Of a stretch of DNA of 64,000 bases, positions 27,525 to 37,229 are shown piece after piece. The stretch spans positions 91,754 to 155,753 of the forward strand of contig NZ_JAWVXC010000001.1 in assembly GCF_033723435.1 (NCBI RefSeq), in the 5' to 3' direction. Numbering within the stretch: the stretch's first letter is position 1; every line of letters begins with the position of its first letter. The notes below the pieces were generated by a model. That model was given only the letters and a program-made list of their open reading frames with translations. It had not been told where the DNA came from and ran no database searches. This DNA is from Lutibacter sp. Its GTDB lineage: Bacteria; Bacteroidota; Bacteroidia; Flavobacteriales; Flavobacteriaceae. The position numbers and the translations under genes are program-made.

Positions 27525-28058
27525 AAAATTATGAACTTCATTCTTTAAAACTTTTAAAGCTGCTAAAGAAGGTGATGGATTAGTAGCAGTAGTTTCTATA
27601 ATTTTTTCACGCAATTCTTGTGCAGTTTTTATAGCTTCTGAATTCAAATTAGTTCTAATTATATGAATGGTAGCATTTTTTGAAGCAGTAATAGCATCCC
27701 AACTCTCTTCTGAAATATAAATTTGCTGTGTTAAATTGTGTTCAAATTCTTTTTCAATAGTTTCCATTAAACCTATTGCGTAGGCATCTTTATCATCATT
27801 TACAGAAGAAATTCTTACAATTAATTTAGAGATAGTTATTCGTTCTAAAAAAAGCGCCATTCTTTCATATGCCTGAAGCTTAATTGGTAAAGTAGTTTTT
27901 TTATTTTCTTTAAGCAGATTTAACTTCATTTTTTGAACTTCATTAGAAGTATAAAGTTTAAAAAAGTAAAAAGCAACTAGTCCAGTAACTATAGAAGGAA
28001 TCGTATAACTCAACAATTCAAAAATTTTAGATAATTCAATATTTTGGATAAATAACAT
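27519..28058 (-). CDS. Membrane-anchored hypothetical protein
   Basis: 179 aa with one N-terminal TM helix (YTIPSIVTGLVAFYFF) and a helical remainder. The motif TAAATTTG sits 20 nt upstream on the minus strand (28078-28085). No family recognised. Confidence 0.5.
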   Translation of the reverse strand: MLFIQNIELSKIFELLSYTIPSIVTGLVAFYFFKLYTSNEVQKMKLNLLKENKKTTLPIKLQAYERMALFLERITISKLIVRISSVNDDKDAYAIGLMETIEKEFEHNLTQQIYISEESWDAITASKNATIHIIRTNLNSEAIKTAQELREKIIETTATNPSPSLAALKVLKNEVHNFI

Positions 28059-28245
28059 ATTATATGGAATTTAACAGCAAATTTATTATAAGTTTTTCAA
28101 TTATTGTAATTAATCCTGACAAATATCAGTGAATATAATAAGTAAACAAATTAATTTTGTTCTCGTAACATTTAATAAAAAAATAATTTAACTAAAAAGT
28201 AATATTTGTTACAATTAAAAAGAACATTAATTAACAATTAAAATT

Positions 28246-29607
28246 ATGAAAAATTTATTAAGATTAGTAGTAGTATTGTTTACCTCAGCTGTTTTTGCAC
28301 AAGCAGGCCATGTCATGCAAGGTGTAGGTGCAGTTAATATGTCTATGGGAGGAGCATCTACTGCACAACCGTTAGATATTAGTGGAGCATTACAATGGAA
28401 TCCAGCAGCTATCTCTGTTTTTGATAGTAAGATATTAGACTTCAATTTAGGTATTTTCTTTTCAGCACCAGAATTGAGTTCAAGTTTACCTGCAAATATG
28501 TTATATCCAGGATCTCCAGCAGTTTCAGGAACAACTTTAGATGACAGACCTGTTTCTCCAATGCCTGCTTTAGCGATGGTTTGGGGTAAAGAAGGAAGTA
28601 AACATACTTTTGGAGTTTCTGCTTTCGGTATTAGTGGATTTGGAGTTACTTTTCCTCAAGATACTAACTTGCCTATGGATTTAAATGGAAATCCAAATCC
28701 ATCATGGGATCCTACTAATTCTAACCCTATAAATTGGCCTCAAGGTTTAAGAGGTTTTGGAAAATTAAAATCAGATTATATGCTGTTACAAGTTGGATTA
28801 ACATGGGCTTATGAAATCACTAAAAATTTGTCTATAGGTGTTGAACCAACACTAAATTATGCAGCATTAAAATTAGAACCAAATCCAATTGCTTCTCCAA
28901 GTATGACTTTAGGTTATCCAGTTTCTGATAAAGCTTCTGCTATTGGTTTTGGAGCTCAATTTGGTATATTTTATCATTCAGATGGAGGAATAAAATTAGG
29001 GGTTTCTTATAAAACAGAGCAACAATTTAGCGATATGACATTCTCTAACACTTATTTAGATGGTTCTGCAGCACCAGATGTTGATTTTAAAATGAATTAC
29101 CCAGCTATTTTATCTTTTGGTTTAGGATATTCAATGGAAGATTTTGATTTTGCTTTAGATTACAGAAGAGTAGATTATGAAAATACTGATGGATTTGCTG
29201 AAAAAGGTTGGACTAACACAGGTTCTGTTAAAGGATTTGGTTGGAAAAACATAAACATTTTGTCTGCAGGTATTCAATATAAAGGTATCAAAAAATTACC
29301 TTTAAGAGTTGGTTATACTTATAGTAGTAACCCTATTGATTCAGAGTTAGCTTTCTTTTCAACTCCAGCAACTGCGGTTATTAAAAATGCACTTCAATTT
29401 GGGTTTAGCTACTCAATTAATGATAATTTTATGTTAAACGGAGTTTATCATCATGGAACTAGTGATGGAGAAACAAGTGGACCTATTTTAGATCCAATGA
29501 TGGCATCACCTACAAATCCTTATGGAGCTGTCCCAGGAACAAATGTTAGTTATTCAATGACAACAGATATGATTATGGTTGGTTTAACATATAAATTTAA
29601 AAAATAA
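28246..29607 (+). CDS. FadL/OMPP1/TodX-family outer-membrane hydrophobic-compound channel
   Basis: 453 aa with a signal peptide. N-terminal GVGAVNMSMGGASTAQPLDISGALQWNPAA and a C-terminal beta-barrel ending in an aromatic-rich strand (YKF). Confidence 0.8.
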   Translation: MKNLLRLVVVLFTSAVFAQAGHVMQGVGAVNMSMGGASTAQPLDISGALQWNPAAISVFDSKILDFNLGIFFSAPELSSSLPANMLYPGSPAVSGTTLDDRPVSPMPALAMVWGKEGSKHTFGVSAFGISGFGVTFPQDTNLPMDLNGNPNPSWDPTNSNPINWPQGLRGFGKLKSDYMLLQVGLTWAYEITKNLSIGVEPTLNYAALKLEPNPIASPSMTLGYPVSDKASAIGFGAQFGIFYHSDGGIKLGVSYKTEQQFSDMTFSNTYLDGSAAPDVDFKMNYPAILSFGLGYSMEDFDFALDYRRVDYENTDGFAEKGWTNTGSVKGFGWKNINILSAGIQYKGIKKLPLRVGYTYSSNPIDSELAFFSTPATAVIKNALQFGFSYSINDNFMLNGVYHHGTSDGETSGPILDPMMASPTNPYGAVPGTNVSYSMTTDMIMVGLTYKFKK

Positions 29608-29635
29608 TAATTACTTGAATTAATTTATTTTTTTT

Positions 29636-29662
29636 AAAGGCTTCTTTTTGAAGCCTTTTTTT
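29636..29662 (+). terminator. Intrinsic terminator
   Basis: Hairpin AAAGGCTTC-ttttt-GAAGCCTTT is followed by a T-run. Confidence 0.8.
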
Positions 29663-29724
29663 ACGCTTAAATTTAAGATTTAGTTTATAAATAATATTTA
29701 ATTTGAGAATATTACTTTTACAAA

Positions 29725-30951
29725 ATGATTTATAAGAACAAGAAAGATTTTATAGTTAGTTCTGCTTTTATTCTATTATTAATAGCAGCTATTTATGGAT
29801 TAATTATTAGATGGAGTTTTACCTTTCCAACAGAAGCAATCAGCTATAAAAATATCTTACAAGCTCACTCTCATGTTGCATTTTTAGGTTGGGGTTACAT
29901 TGCTTCTTTAGTTTTAATAACCAATTTATTTATAAAAGATAAATCAACATTTATAAAAATTTATAATACATTGATTCGCTTTATTTTAATTGTTATTTTT
30001 TTAATGTTAATAAGCTTTCCTTTAATTGGTTATAAATCTATTTCTATAGCTTTACTGGTAGTATTTGGATTAGCAAGTTATGTTATTTCTTTTCAATTAT
30101 TAAAAAATATTAAAGGGAAGAATATATCGACAAAATTAATTCGGTTTGGTATATATTATTACTTGTTATCTAGTTTGGCAACTTGGTTTTTAGCATTTGT
30201 AATAATTACACAAGGAAAATCGATTTTGTATTATAATACAATTTATTTTTATCTTCATTTTTTATATAACGGGTATTTTGTTTTTGTGCTTTTTGGATTA
30301 TTATTTAAGCTGTTTGAAAGTCAAAGTATTAGCATTTCTACAAAACATCAAAATCAATTTTTTATATTTCTAAATATAGCTTGTATACCAGCTTATACAT
30401 TATCTATTTTGTGGAGTAATGTATCTATAGTATTTAATTTTATAGGGTTTTTAGCATCGATTTCACAATTAATATCACTATTTTATTTAATTAGAATTCT
30501 TCAAAAAAATATTAATAATTTAAATTGGTCATATATTTCAAAACTACTTTTAAAAGTTTCCATAATTTCTTATGTCTTAAAAATTTTCATTCAAATAATT
30601 TCTGCATTACCTTACATAGTTACTCAGTCATTAGCTTTAAAACATTACTTTATAATAGGTTATTTACATTTGTTTACGCTAGGTTTTATGACATGTATGT
30701 TGTTTTTGTTTTTACTTCAAATTAAAAAATTAGAAATACAATCTACTGTTTCAAAAATAGGAACATTTACTTTTTTGATTGGGATTATTGGTACTGAATT
30801 TCTGTTATTTTATCAAGGATTTTTATTTTTGTTTAAGTTTAATGCGTTAAAATTTTACAATTTAGAAATGCTTTTTTTTAGTTTTTTATTGGTAATAGGT
30901 TTACTACTAATGTTACTCCCTAATTTATTTTTAAGAGAAAAAAAAAATTAA
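29725..30951 (+). CDS. Polytopic (about 12 TM) membrane protein of unknown function with conserved-looking His motifs
   Basis: 408 aa, almost entirely hydrophobic helices. Motifs AHSHVAFLGWGY, YLHFLYNGY and GYLHLFTLGF. Confidence 0.6.
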   Translation: MIYKNKKDFIVSSAFILLLIAAIYGLIIRWSFTFPTEAISYKNILQAHSHVAFLGWGYIASLVLITNLFIKDKSTFIKIYNTLIRFILIVIFLMLISFPLIGYKSISIALLVVFGLASYVISFQLLKNIKGKNISTKLIRFGIYYYLLSSLATWFLAFVIITQGKSILYYNTIYFYLHFLYNGYFVFVLFGLLFKLFESQSISISTKHQNQFFIFLNIACIPAYTLSILWSNVSIVFNFIGFLASISQLISLFYLIRILQKNINNLNWSYISKLLLKVSIISYVLKIFIQIISALPYIVTQSLALKHYFIIGYLHLFTLGFMTCMLFLFLLQIKKLEIQSTVSKIGTFTFLIGIIGTEFLLFYQGFLFLFKFNALKFYNLEMLFFSFLLVIGLLLMLLPNLFLREKKN

Positions 30952-30995
30952 AAGGGTTGTCAATAACTTTTATTGCTTAACTTAAATTGGAATAG

Positions 30996-31003
30996 TACTT
31001 TTG
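30996..31003 (+). promoter_or_regulatory. -7 promoter motif TACTTTTG
   Basis: Exact TAnnTTTG, 18 nt upstream of the GTG start at 31021. Confidence 0.4.
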
Positions 31004-31020
31004 AATTTTATTGAATTCCT

Positions 31021-33360
31021 GTGAATACTTACTTAGAAAATCTTAACGAATCGCAAAAAGCTGCTGTTATACACAAAGAAGGCCCAATGATAATTATTGC
31101 TGGTGCAGGCTCTGGTAAAACAAGAGTTTTAACTTATAGAATTGCTCATTTAATGCATCAAAATATAGATGCTTTTAATATATTGGCATTAACATTTACT
31201 AACAAAGCAGCACGAGAAATGAAAAATCGTATTGCAACGGTTGTTGGTAATTCCGAAGCTAAAAATCTTTGGATGGGAACTTTCCACTCTGTTTTTGCAA
31301 GAATTTTACGTTCGGAAGGGCATCATTTAGGTTATCCATCAAATTTTACTATTTACGATACACAAGATGCTGTTAGATTGCTTTCTTCAATTATTAAAGA
31401 AATGCAATTGGACAAAGATAAATACAAACCAAAGCAGGTTTTAAGTAGAATTTCTTCTTTTAAAAATAGTCTAATAACAGTTAAAGCTTATTTTAATGAT
31501 CCTGAGTTAATAGCTGCAGATAAAATGGCTCAACGTCCAAAAATGGGTGAAATTTATGAGCAGTATGTAGATAGATGTTTTAAAGCTGGAGCAATGGATT
31601 TTGATGATTTGTTACTTAGAACTAATGAAGTTTTAACTCGGTTTCCTGAAGTTTTAGCAAAATATCAAGATAGATTTAAATATATCTTAGTAGATGAGTA
31701 TCAGGATACAAACCATTCACAATATTTAATTGTTAGAGCTTTAGCAGACCGTTTTCAAAATATTTGTGTTGTTGGAGACGATTCTCAAAGTATTTACGCA
31801 TTTAGAGGCGCAAATATCCAAAATATATTAAATTTTCAGCGTGATTATGATAAAGTTGCCATTTTTAAATTAGAGCAAAATTATCGTTCTACAAAAAATA
31901 TTGTAGAAGCAGCAAATAGTGTAATTGCAAAAAATAAAACCAAATTAGATAAGCAAGTTTGGACGGAAAATGATAGAGGCGCAAAAGTTAAAGTAATGCA
32001 AACTTACACTGAAGCTGAAGAAGGTCGTTTTGTAGCAAATTCTATTTTTGAAAATGCTATGAATTTACAGCTTAAAAATTCTGATTTTGCAGTATTATAT
32101 CGTACCAATGCACAATCTAGAGCAATTGAAGATGCTTTACGAAAAAAAGATATTAAATATAAAATTTATGGCGGATTATCTTTTTACCAGCGAAAAGAAA
32201 TAAAAGATATTTTAGCATATCTGCGATTATTGATAAATCCAAATGATGAAGAAGCTTTAAAAAGAGTTATTAATTATCCAGCGCGAGGAATTGGGAATAC
32301 AACTATGGATAAATTATCTGTAGCAGCAAATCATTATAAAAAATCTATTTTCGAAATTTTACAGAATTTATCTAAAATAGATTTAAATTTAAATGCAGGA
32401 ATTAAAACAAAACTTTCCAATTTTGTTACAATGATTCAGCATTTTCAAATTGAAGCGCAATCTAAAAATGCTTTTGAAATAGCCGATTTTGTTGTAAAAC
32501 AAACAAAACTAATACGTGATTTAGAAAAAGACGGAACTCCTGAAGGAGTTAGTAGAGTGGAAAACATTCAAGAGTTATTAAATGGAGTAAAAGATTTTAT
32601 TGAAGTTCAAAAAGAAAAGGACGAAGACGATTCTTTAGCTTTTTTTTTAGAAGATGTTGCTTTGGCTACAGATTTTGACAATGATAAAAAAGACGATACT
32701 CCAAGAGTTGCTTTAATGACTATTCATTTAGCAAAAGGATTAGAATTTCCTTTTGTATATATTGTTGGATTAGAGGAAACATTATTCCCTTCTGCAATGA
32801 GTATGAATACAAGAAGTGAATTGGAAGAAGAACGAAGGTTATTTTATGTAGCACTTACAAGAGCTGAAAAGCAAGCATATTTAAGCTATGCGCAAACTAG
32901 GTATCGTTGGGGAAAATTAATAGATTGTGAGCCAAGCAGATTTTTAGAAGAAATTGATGAAGAATTCTTAGAGTATTTAAAAGTAAAAAGAGCTCCAATA
33001 CCACAAAACAAATTTATTAATGAAGATATCTTTGGAAGTGTACCACAACATAAAATTCGATTTAAAAAACCAGTACAAAGAACTCCTGTAAAAAAACAAA
33101 TTAAAAAAACGGAAGAACCTAATCTACAATTTAAAGCACCTAAAAATTTAACAAAAGTTACAAATACTACTGCTCAAAACAATAATTTATTTGATAATTC
33201 TATTGTTGTAGGCAATATAGTTTCTCATACTAAGTTTGGTAAGGGAGAAGTGGTTAGTTTAGAAGGTACAGGAGCTAGTAAGAAAGCAGAAATTAATTTT
33301 GCTTCCGTTGGATTAAAAAAATTATTGTTGCAATTTGCAAAGCTTACAATAATTAGCTAA
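31021..33360 (+). CDS. UvrD/PcrA/Rep-family ATP-dependent DNA helicase
   Basis: 779 aa with a GTG start. Motifs Walker A AGAGSGKT, DEYQDTN, VGDDSQSIYAFRGA, QNYRST and TIHLAKGLEF. Confidence 0.9.
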   Translation: MNTYLENLNESQKAAVIHKEGPMIIIAGAGSGKTRVLTYRIAHLMHQNIDAFNILALTFTNKAAREMKNRIATVVGNSEAKNLWMGTFHSVFARILRSEGHHLGYPSNFTIYDTQDAVRLLSSIIKEMQLDKDKYKPKQVLSRISSFKNSLITVKAYFNDPELIAADKMAQRPKMGEIYEQYVDRCFKAGAMDFDDLLLRTNEVLTRFPEVLAKYQDRFKYILVDEYQDTNHSQYLIVRALADRFQNICVVGDDSQSIYAFRGANIQNILNFQRDYDKVAIFKLEQNYRSTKNIVEAANSVIAKNKTKLDKQVWTENDRGAKVKVMQTYTEAEEGRFVANSIFENAMNLQLKNSDFAVLYRTNAQSRAIEDALRKKDIKYKIYGGLSFYQRKEIKDILAYLRLLINPNDEEALKRVINYPARGIGNTTMDKLSVAANHYKKSIFEILQNLSKIDLNLNAGIKTKLSNFVTMIQHFQIEAQSKNAFEIADFVVKQTKLIRDLEKDGTPEGVSRVENIQELLNGVKDFIEVQKEKDEDDSLAFFLEDVALATDFDNDKKDDTPRVALMTIHLAKGLEFPFVYIVGLEETLFPSAMSMNTRSELEEERRLFYVALTRAEKQAYLSYAQTRYRWGKLIDCEPSRFLEEIDEEFLEYLKVKRAPIPQNKFINEDIFGSVPQHKIRFKKPVQRTPVKKQIKKTEEPNLQFKAPKNLTKVTNTTAQNNNLFDNSIVVGNIVSHTKFGKGEVVSLEGTGASKKAEINFASVGLKKLLLQFAKLTIIS

Positions 33361-33422
33361 TAGGCATTGTAAAACCAATTATTAAGTTGTAATTTGCATA
33401 AAATATAAACAGAAATAGATAG

Positions 33423-34040
33423 ATGGAATTTGATTTAGAATACAATTCAGAAAGACCGCATTTAATTATTCCAGAATACGGAAGACATATTCAAAAATTA
33501 ATAGATTATTGCGTAAAAATTGAAGATGATGAAGAAAGAGATAAAATGGCAAAAGCAATAGTGGATGTTATGGGAAATCTTCAACCACATTTAAGAGATG
33601 TGCCAGATTTTAAGCACAAACTTTGGGATCAGTTATTTATAATGTCAGAATTTAAATTAAATGTTACACCACCATTTGGGAAAATTGATAAGGAAATTTT
33701 TGAGGAAAAACCAGAGCCTTTAGCTTATCCTAAATCAGCTACTAAATATAAATTCTACGGAACTAATATTCAAACCATGATTGATACTGCTTTAACATGG
33801 GAAGAAGGAGAGCAACGTGAAGCATTATATTTTGCAATTGCAAACCACATGAAAAAGTGTTACCTAAATTGGAATAAAGATACTGTAGAAGATACTGTAA
33901 TTTATAAACATCTATTAGATTTATCCAATGGAAAAATAGATTTAGAGCCTTTAAATGAACAATTAACAGAAAGTAGGAACTTATTAAGAAAAAGAAAGGC
34001 CAATCCTAAGCAACAACGTTCAAAAAACAAAAAGAAATAA
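33423..34040 (+). CDS. DUF4290 family protein
   Basis: 205 aa. N-terminal YNSERPHLIIPEYGRHIQKL, a basic C-terminal tail, and the conserved position upstream of murA in Bacteroidota (from memory). Confidence 0.7.
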   Translation: MEFDLEYNSERPHLIIPEYGRHIQKLIDYCVKIEDDEERDKMAKAIVDVMGNLQPHLRDVPDFKHKLWDQLFIMSEFKLNVTPPFGKIDKEIFEEKPEPLAYPKSATKYKFYGTNIQTMIDTALTWEEGEQREALYFAIANHMKKCYLNWNKDTVEDTVIYKHLLDLSNGKIDLEPLNEQLTESRNLLRKRKANPKQQRSKNKKK

Positions 34041-34057
34041 CTACTTAAAAAAATAAT

Positions 34058-35374
34058 ATGGCAACATTTGTTATTGAAGGAGGTCATAAATTAAGCGGTA
34101 GCATAACACCTCAAGGAGCAAAAAATGAAGCGTTACAAGTAATTTGCGCGGTTTTATTAACTGATGAAGAGGTTATTATTAGTAATATTCCTGATATACG
34201 AGATGTAAATAAATTAATTTTTATTTTATCAGAATTAGGAGTTAAAGTAAAACAATTAGAGGAACATACTTATTCTTTCAAAGCAGATGAAATAAACTTA
34301 AAATATTTAGAATCCGATAAATTTAAACGTGAGGGTAGTTCTTTACGAGGCTCAATAATGATTGTAGGACCACTGTTAGCTCGTTTTGGAAAAGGATATA
34401 TTCCACGCCCAGGAGGAGATAAAATAGGGCGTAGAAGGTTAGACACTCATTTTGAAGGGTTTATTAAATTAGGTGCGACATTTAGATATAACCATGATGA
34501 AAGGTTTTATGGTGTTGAAGCCAACCATTTAACAGGTACTTCAATGCTTTTAGAAGAAGCTTCCGTAACAGGTACTGCAAACATTATTATGGCTGCTGTT
34601 TTAGCTGAAGGAGTTACTTCAATTTATAATGCAGCTTGTGAACCATACATCCAACAATTATGTAGAATGTTAAATAGCATGGGAGCTGATATTTCAGGTG
34701 TTGGTTCAAATTTACTTAATATAAAAGGCGTTAAAAAATTACAAGGTTGTAAGCATGAAATTTTACCTGATATGATTGAAATTGGTAGCTGGATTGGTAT
34801 GGCTGCTATGACAAAATCTTCACTAACTATTAAGGATGTTAGTTGGAATGATTTAGGATTAATTCCTACAGTTTTTAAAAAACTAGGGATTAATTTAGTT
34901 CAGAAAGGAGATGATATTTTTATTCCACAACAGGAAAATTATGAAATTCAAAATTTCATGGATGGCTCTATATTAACTATTGCTGATGCGCCTTGGCCAG
35001 GATTTACTCCAGACTTATTAAGTATTGTTTTAGTGGTAGCAACACAAGCAAAAGGGAGTGTTCTTATTCATCAAAAAATGTTTGAAAGCCGATTATTTTT
35101 CGTGGATAAATTAATTGATATGGGAGCAAAAGTTATTCTTTGTGATCCTCATAGAGCTACTGTAATTGGAATGAATCACGAATCTAGCTTAAAAGGAACA
35201 ACTATGACTTCACCAGATATTAGAGCTGGAATTTCTTTATTAATAGCTGCACTTTCAGCAAAAGGAACAAGTACAATCCATAATATTGAACAAATTGATA
35301 GGGGTTATGAAAATATTGATGAAAGACTTAGAGCTATCGGGGCGAAAATAACAAGAACAGAACAATGTGTATAA
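34058..35374 (+). CDS. murA: UDP-N-acetylglucosamine 1-carboxyvinyltransferase (Asp-type active site)
   Basis: 438 aa. Motifs GAKNEALQ, RPGGDKIGRRRLDTH and FESRLFF. Confidence 0.95.
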   Translation: MATFVIEGGHKLSGSITPQGAKNEALQVICAVLLTDEEVIISNIPDIRDVNKLIFILSELGVKVKQLEEHTYSFKADEINLKYLESDKFKREGSSLRGSIMIVGPLLARFGKGYIPRPGGDKIGRRRLDTHFEGFIKLGATFRYNHDERFYGVEANHLTGTSMLLEEASVTGTANIIMAAVLAEGVTSIYNAACEPYIQQLCRMLNSMGADISGVGSNLLNIKGVKKLQGCKHEILPDMIEIGSWIGMAAMTKSSLTIKDVSWNDLGLIPTVFKKLGINLVQKGDDIFIPQQENYEIQNFMDGSILTIADAPWPGFTPDLLSIVLVVATQAKGSVLIHQKMFESRLFFVDKLIDMGAKVILCDPHRATVIGMNHESSLKGTTMTSPDIRAGISLLIAALSAKGTSTIHNIEQIDRGYENIDERLRAIGAKITRTEQCV

Positions 35375-35399
35375 AATCTCGTTTTTACGAGATTTTTTT
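35374..35399 (+). terminator. Intrinsic terminator
   Basis: Hairpin AATCTCGT-tttt-ACGAGATT is followed by a T-run. Confidence 0.8.
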
Positions 35400-35425
35400 A
35401 TGTCATATTGTCATTTAATTTAAAT

Positions 35426-35441
35426 TGGCAAAAAAATTGCT
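35426..35441 (+). promoter_or_regulatory. Sigma-54-type -24/-12 element TGGCAaaaaaaTTGCT upstream of grpE
   Basis: It matches TGGCAC-N5-TTGCW at 10 of 11 specified positions, with correct GG-N10-GC spacing. The GC lies 30 nt upstream of the grpE ATG. Confidence 0.35.
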
Positions 35442-35470
35442 AATACTAAACTAAATTTTTAAGAATAGCC

Positions 35471-35989
35471 ATGAGTAAAAAGAAGGAACATAAAAAAGAA
35501 AAGGATAACGAAGATATAAAACAAGAAACTATTGAAATTAGTGCTGAAGAACAGCTAAAAGAAGATTTATCTAAAGAAAAAGATAAATTTTTACGATTGT
35601 TTGCTGAATTCGAAAATTATAAAAGACGTACTTCTAAAGAACGTATAGAATTATTTAAAACTGCCAATGAGGAATTAATGACAGTTTTATTACCAATTTT
35701 AGATGATTTTGAAAGAGGGTTGGCAGAAATTAAAAAAGCGGATGATTCTGAGTTACTAAAAGGAATGGAATTAATTAATAATAAACTTAAAAATTCCTTA
35801 TCTCAAAAAGGTTTAACAGAAATGGAAGTAAAATCAGGTGATGTTTTTGATGTTGAATTACACGAAGCAATTACACAAATTCCTTCTCCGTCAGATGATT
35901 TAAAAGGTAAAATTATTGATGTTATTGAACAAGGATATAAATTAGGTGATAAAATAATAAGATATCCAAAAGTAGTTGTTGGACAATAA
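35471..35989 (+). CDS. grpE: Nucleotide exchange factor GrpE
   Basis: 172 aa. Motifs RLFAEFENYKRR and GYKLGDKIIRYPKVVV. Confidence 0.95.
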   Translation: MSKKKEHKKEKDNEDIKQETIEISAEEQLKEDLSKEKDKFLRLFAEFENYKRRTSKERIELFKTANEELMTVLLPILDDFERGLAEIKKADDSELLKGMELINNKLKNSLSQKGLTEMEVKSGDVFDVELHEAITQIPSPSDDLKGKIIDVIEQGYKLGDKIIRYPKVVVGQ

Positions 35990-35998
35990 TTTATAAAC

Positions 35999-37129
35999 AT
36001 GAAAATAGACTATTACGAAGTTTTAGAAATAAGCAAATCTGCTACTCAGGCCGAAATTAAAAAAGCATATAGAAAACAAGCTTTAAAATATCATCCAGAT
36101 AAAAATCCGGGGGACAAAACTGCGGAAGAAAAATTTAAGCAGGCAGCTGAAGCATATGAAATTTTGAGCGATCCAAATAAAAAATCTCGTTATGATCAGT
36201 TTGGTCATGCAGCCTTTGAAGGTGGAGCAGGAGGAGGTTTCCAAGGAGGACACATGAATATGGAAGATATTTTCAGTCAATTTGGAGATATTTTTGGAGG
36301 TGCATTTGGAGGTGGAGGATTTAGTGGTTTTGGAGGAAGTTCTTCTAGAGGAAGAGCTAGAGTAAAAGGAAGTAATTTAAGAATTAGAGTTAAATTAACT
36401 TTAGAAGAAATTGCAAATGGAGTTGAAAAGAAAGTAAAAGTTCGTAGAAAAGTACAAGCTGAAGGAGCTAGTTTTAAAACTTGTTCAACCTGCCATGGTA
36501 GTGGTCAAGTTATGCGAGTTACCAATACTATATTAGGTAGAATGCAAACTTCTAGTACTTGTCCGACCTGTCACGGAGCAGGAGAAATATTAGATAAAAG
36601 GCCTAAAAATGCAGATAATAGTGGTTTAATTCAAAAAGAAGAAACAGTTTCTATTAAAATTCCTGCAGGAGTTACAGAAGGTGTTCAGCTAAAAGTAAAT
36701 GGTAAAGGAAACGCAGCTCCTGGAAATAATTCTATTGATGGAGATTTAATTGTGGTTGTGGAAGAATTAGAACATGAAACTTTAAAACGTGAAGGAACTA
36801 ATTTACACCATGATTTATACATTAACTTCTCAGAAGCTGTAATGGGAGTTTCAAAAAATATTGATACAGTTTCTGGAAAAGTAAAAATTAAAATTGAGCC
36901 AGGAACTCAATCAGGAAAAATATTACGATTAAGAGGTAAAGGATTACCAAGTATTGAACGTTATGGAAGTGGTGATTTGTTAGTGCATATTAACGTATGG
37001 ACTCCACAAAATTTATCTAAAGAGCAAAAACAATTTTTTGAAAAAATGATAGATGATGAAAATTTTATTCCAAATCCTTCAAAAAATGATAAATCTTTTT
37101 TTGAAAAGGTAAAGGATATGTTTTCATAA
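35999..37129 (+). CDS. dnaJ: Molecular chaperone DnaJ
   Basis: 376 aa. J domain with HPD, a G/F-rich linker, only two CxxCxGxG repeats, and C-terminal beta domains. Confidence 0.95.
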   Translation: MKIDYYEVLEISKSATQAEIKKAYRKQALKYHPDKNPGDKTAEEKFKQAAEAYEILSDPNKKSRYDQFGHAAFEGGAGGGFQGGHMNMEDIFSQFGDIFGGAFGGGGFSGFGGSSSRGRARVKGSNLRIRVKLTLEEIANGVEKKVKVRRKVQAEGASFKTCSTCHGSGQVMRVTNTILGRMQTSSTCPTCHGAGEILDKRPKNADNSGLIQKEETVSIKIPAGVTEGVQLKVNGKGNAAPGNNSIDGDLIVVVEELEHETLKREGTNLHHDLYINFSEAVMGVSKNIDTVSGKVKIKIEPGTQSGKILRLRGKGLPSIERYGSGDLLVHINVWTPQNLSKEQKQFFEKMIDDENFIPNPSKNDKSFFEKVKDMFS

Positions 37130-37176
37130 AAAAATATTTTTTTTCTATAATTTATTCAATAAAAAAATTATATTTG

Positions 37177-37219
37177 AAGTGTTATTAGTTTATAAACTGA
37201 TAACACTTTTTCTTTTTCA
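37177..37219 (+). terminator. Intrinsic terminator of dnaJ
   Basis: Long hairpin AAGTGTTAT-T-AGTT[tata]AACT-G-ATAACACTT is followed by TTTTCTTTTT. Confidence 0.7.
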
Positions 37220-37229
37220 TAGCAATTTT

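Noticed and set aside
28227-28445. 72-aa minus-strand ORF overlapping the FadL-like start
   Set aside because: It is antisense to the signal peptide and conserved N-terminus of the FadL-family gene. It has no upstream promoter motif on the minus strand.
29725-30951. Very low GC of the polytopic membrane gene as evidence of horizontal transfer
   Set aside because: The AT excess is explained by Phe, Ile, Leu, Lys, Asn and Tyr codons in an all-helical membrane protein. There are no flanking repeats or mobility genes.
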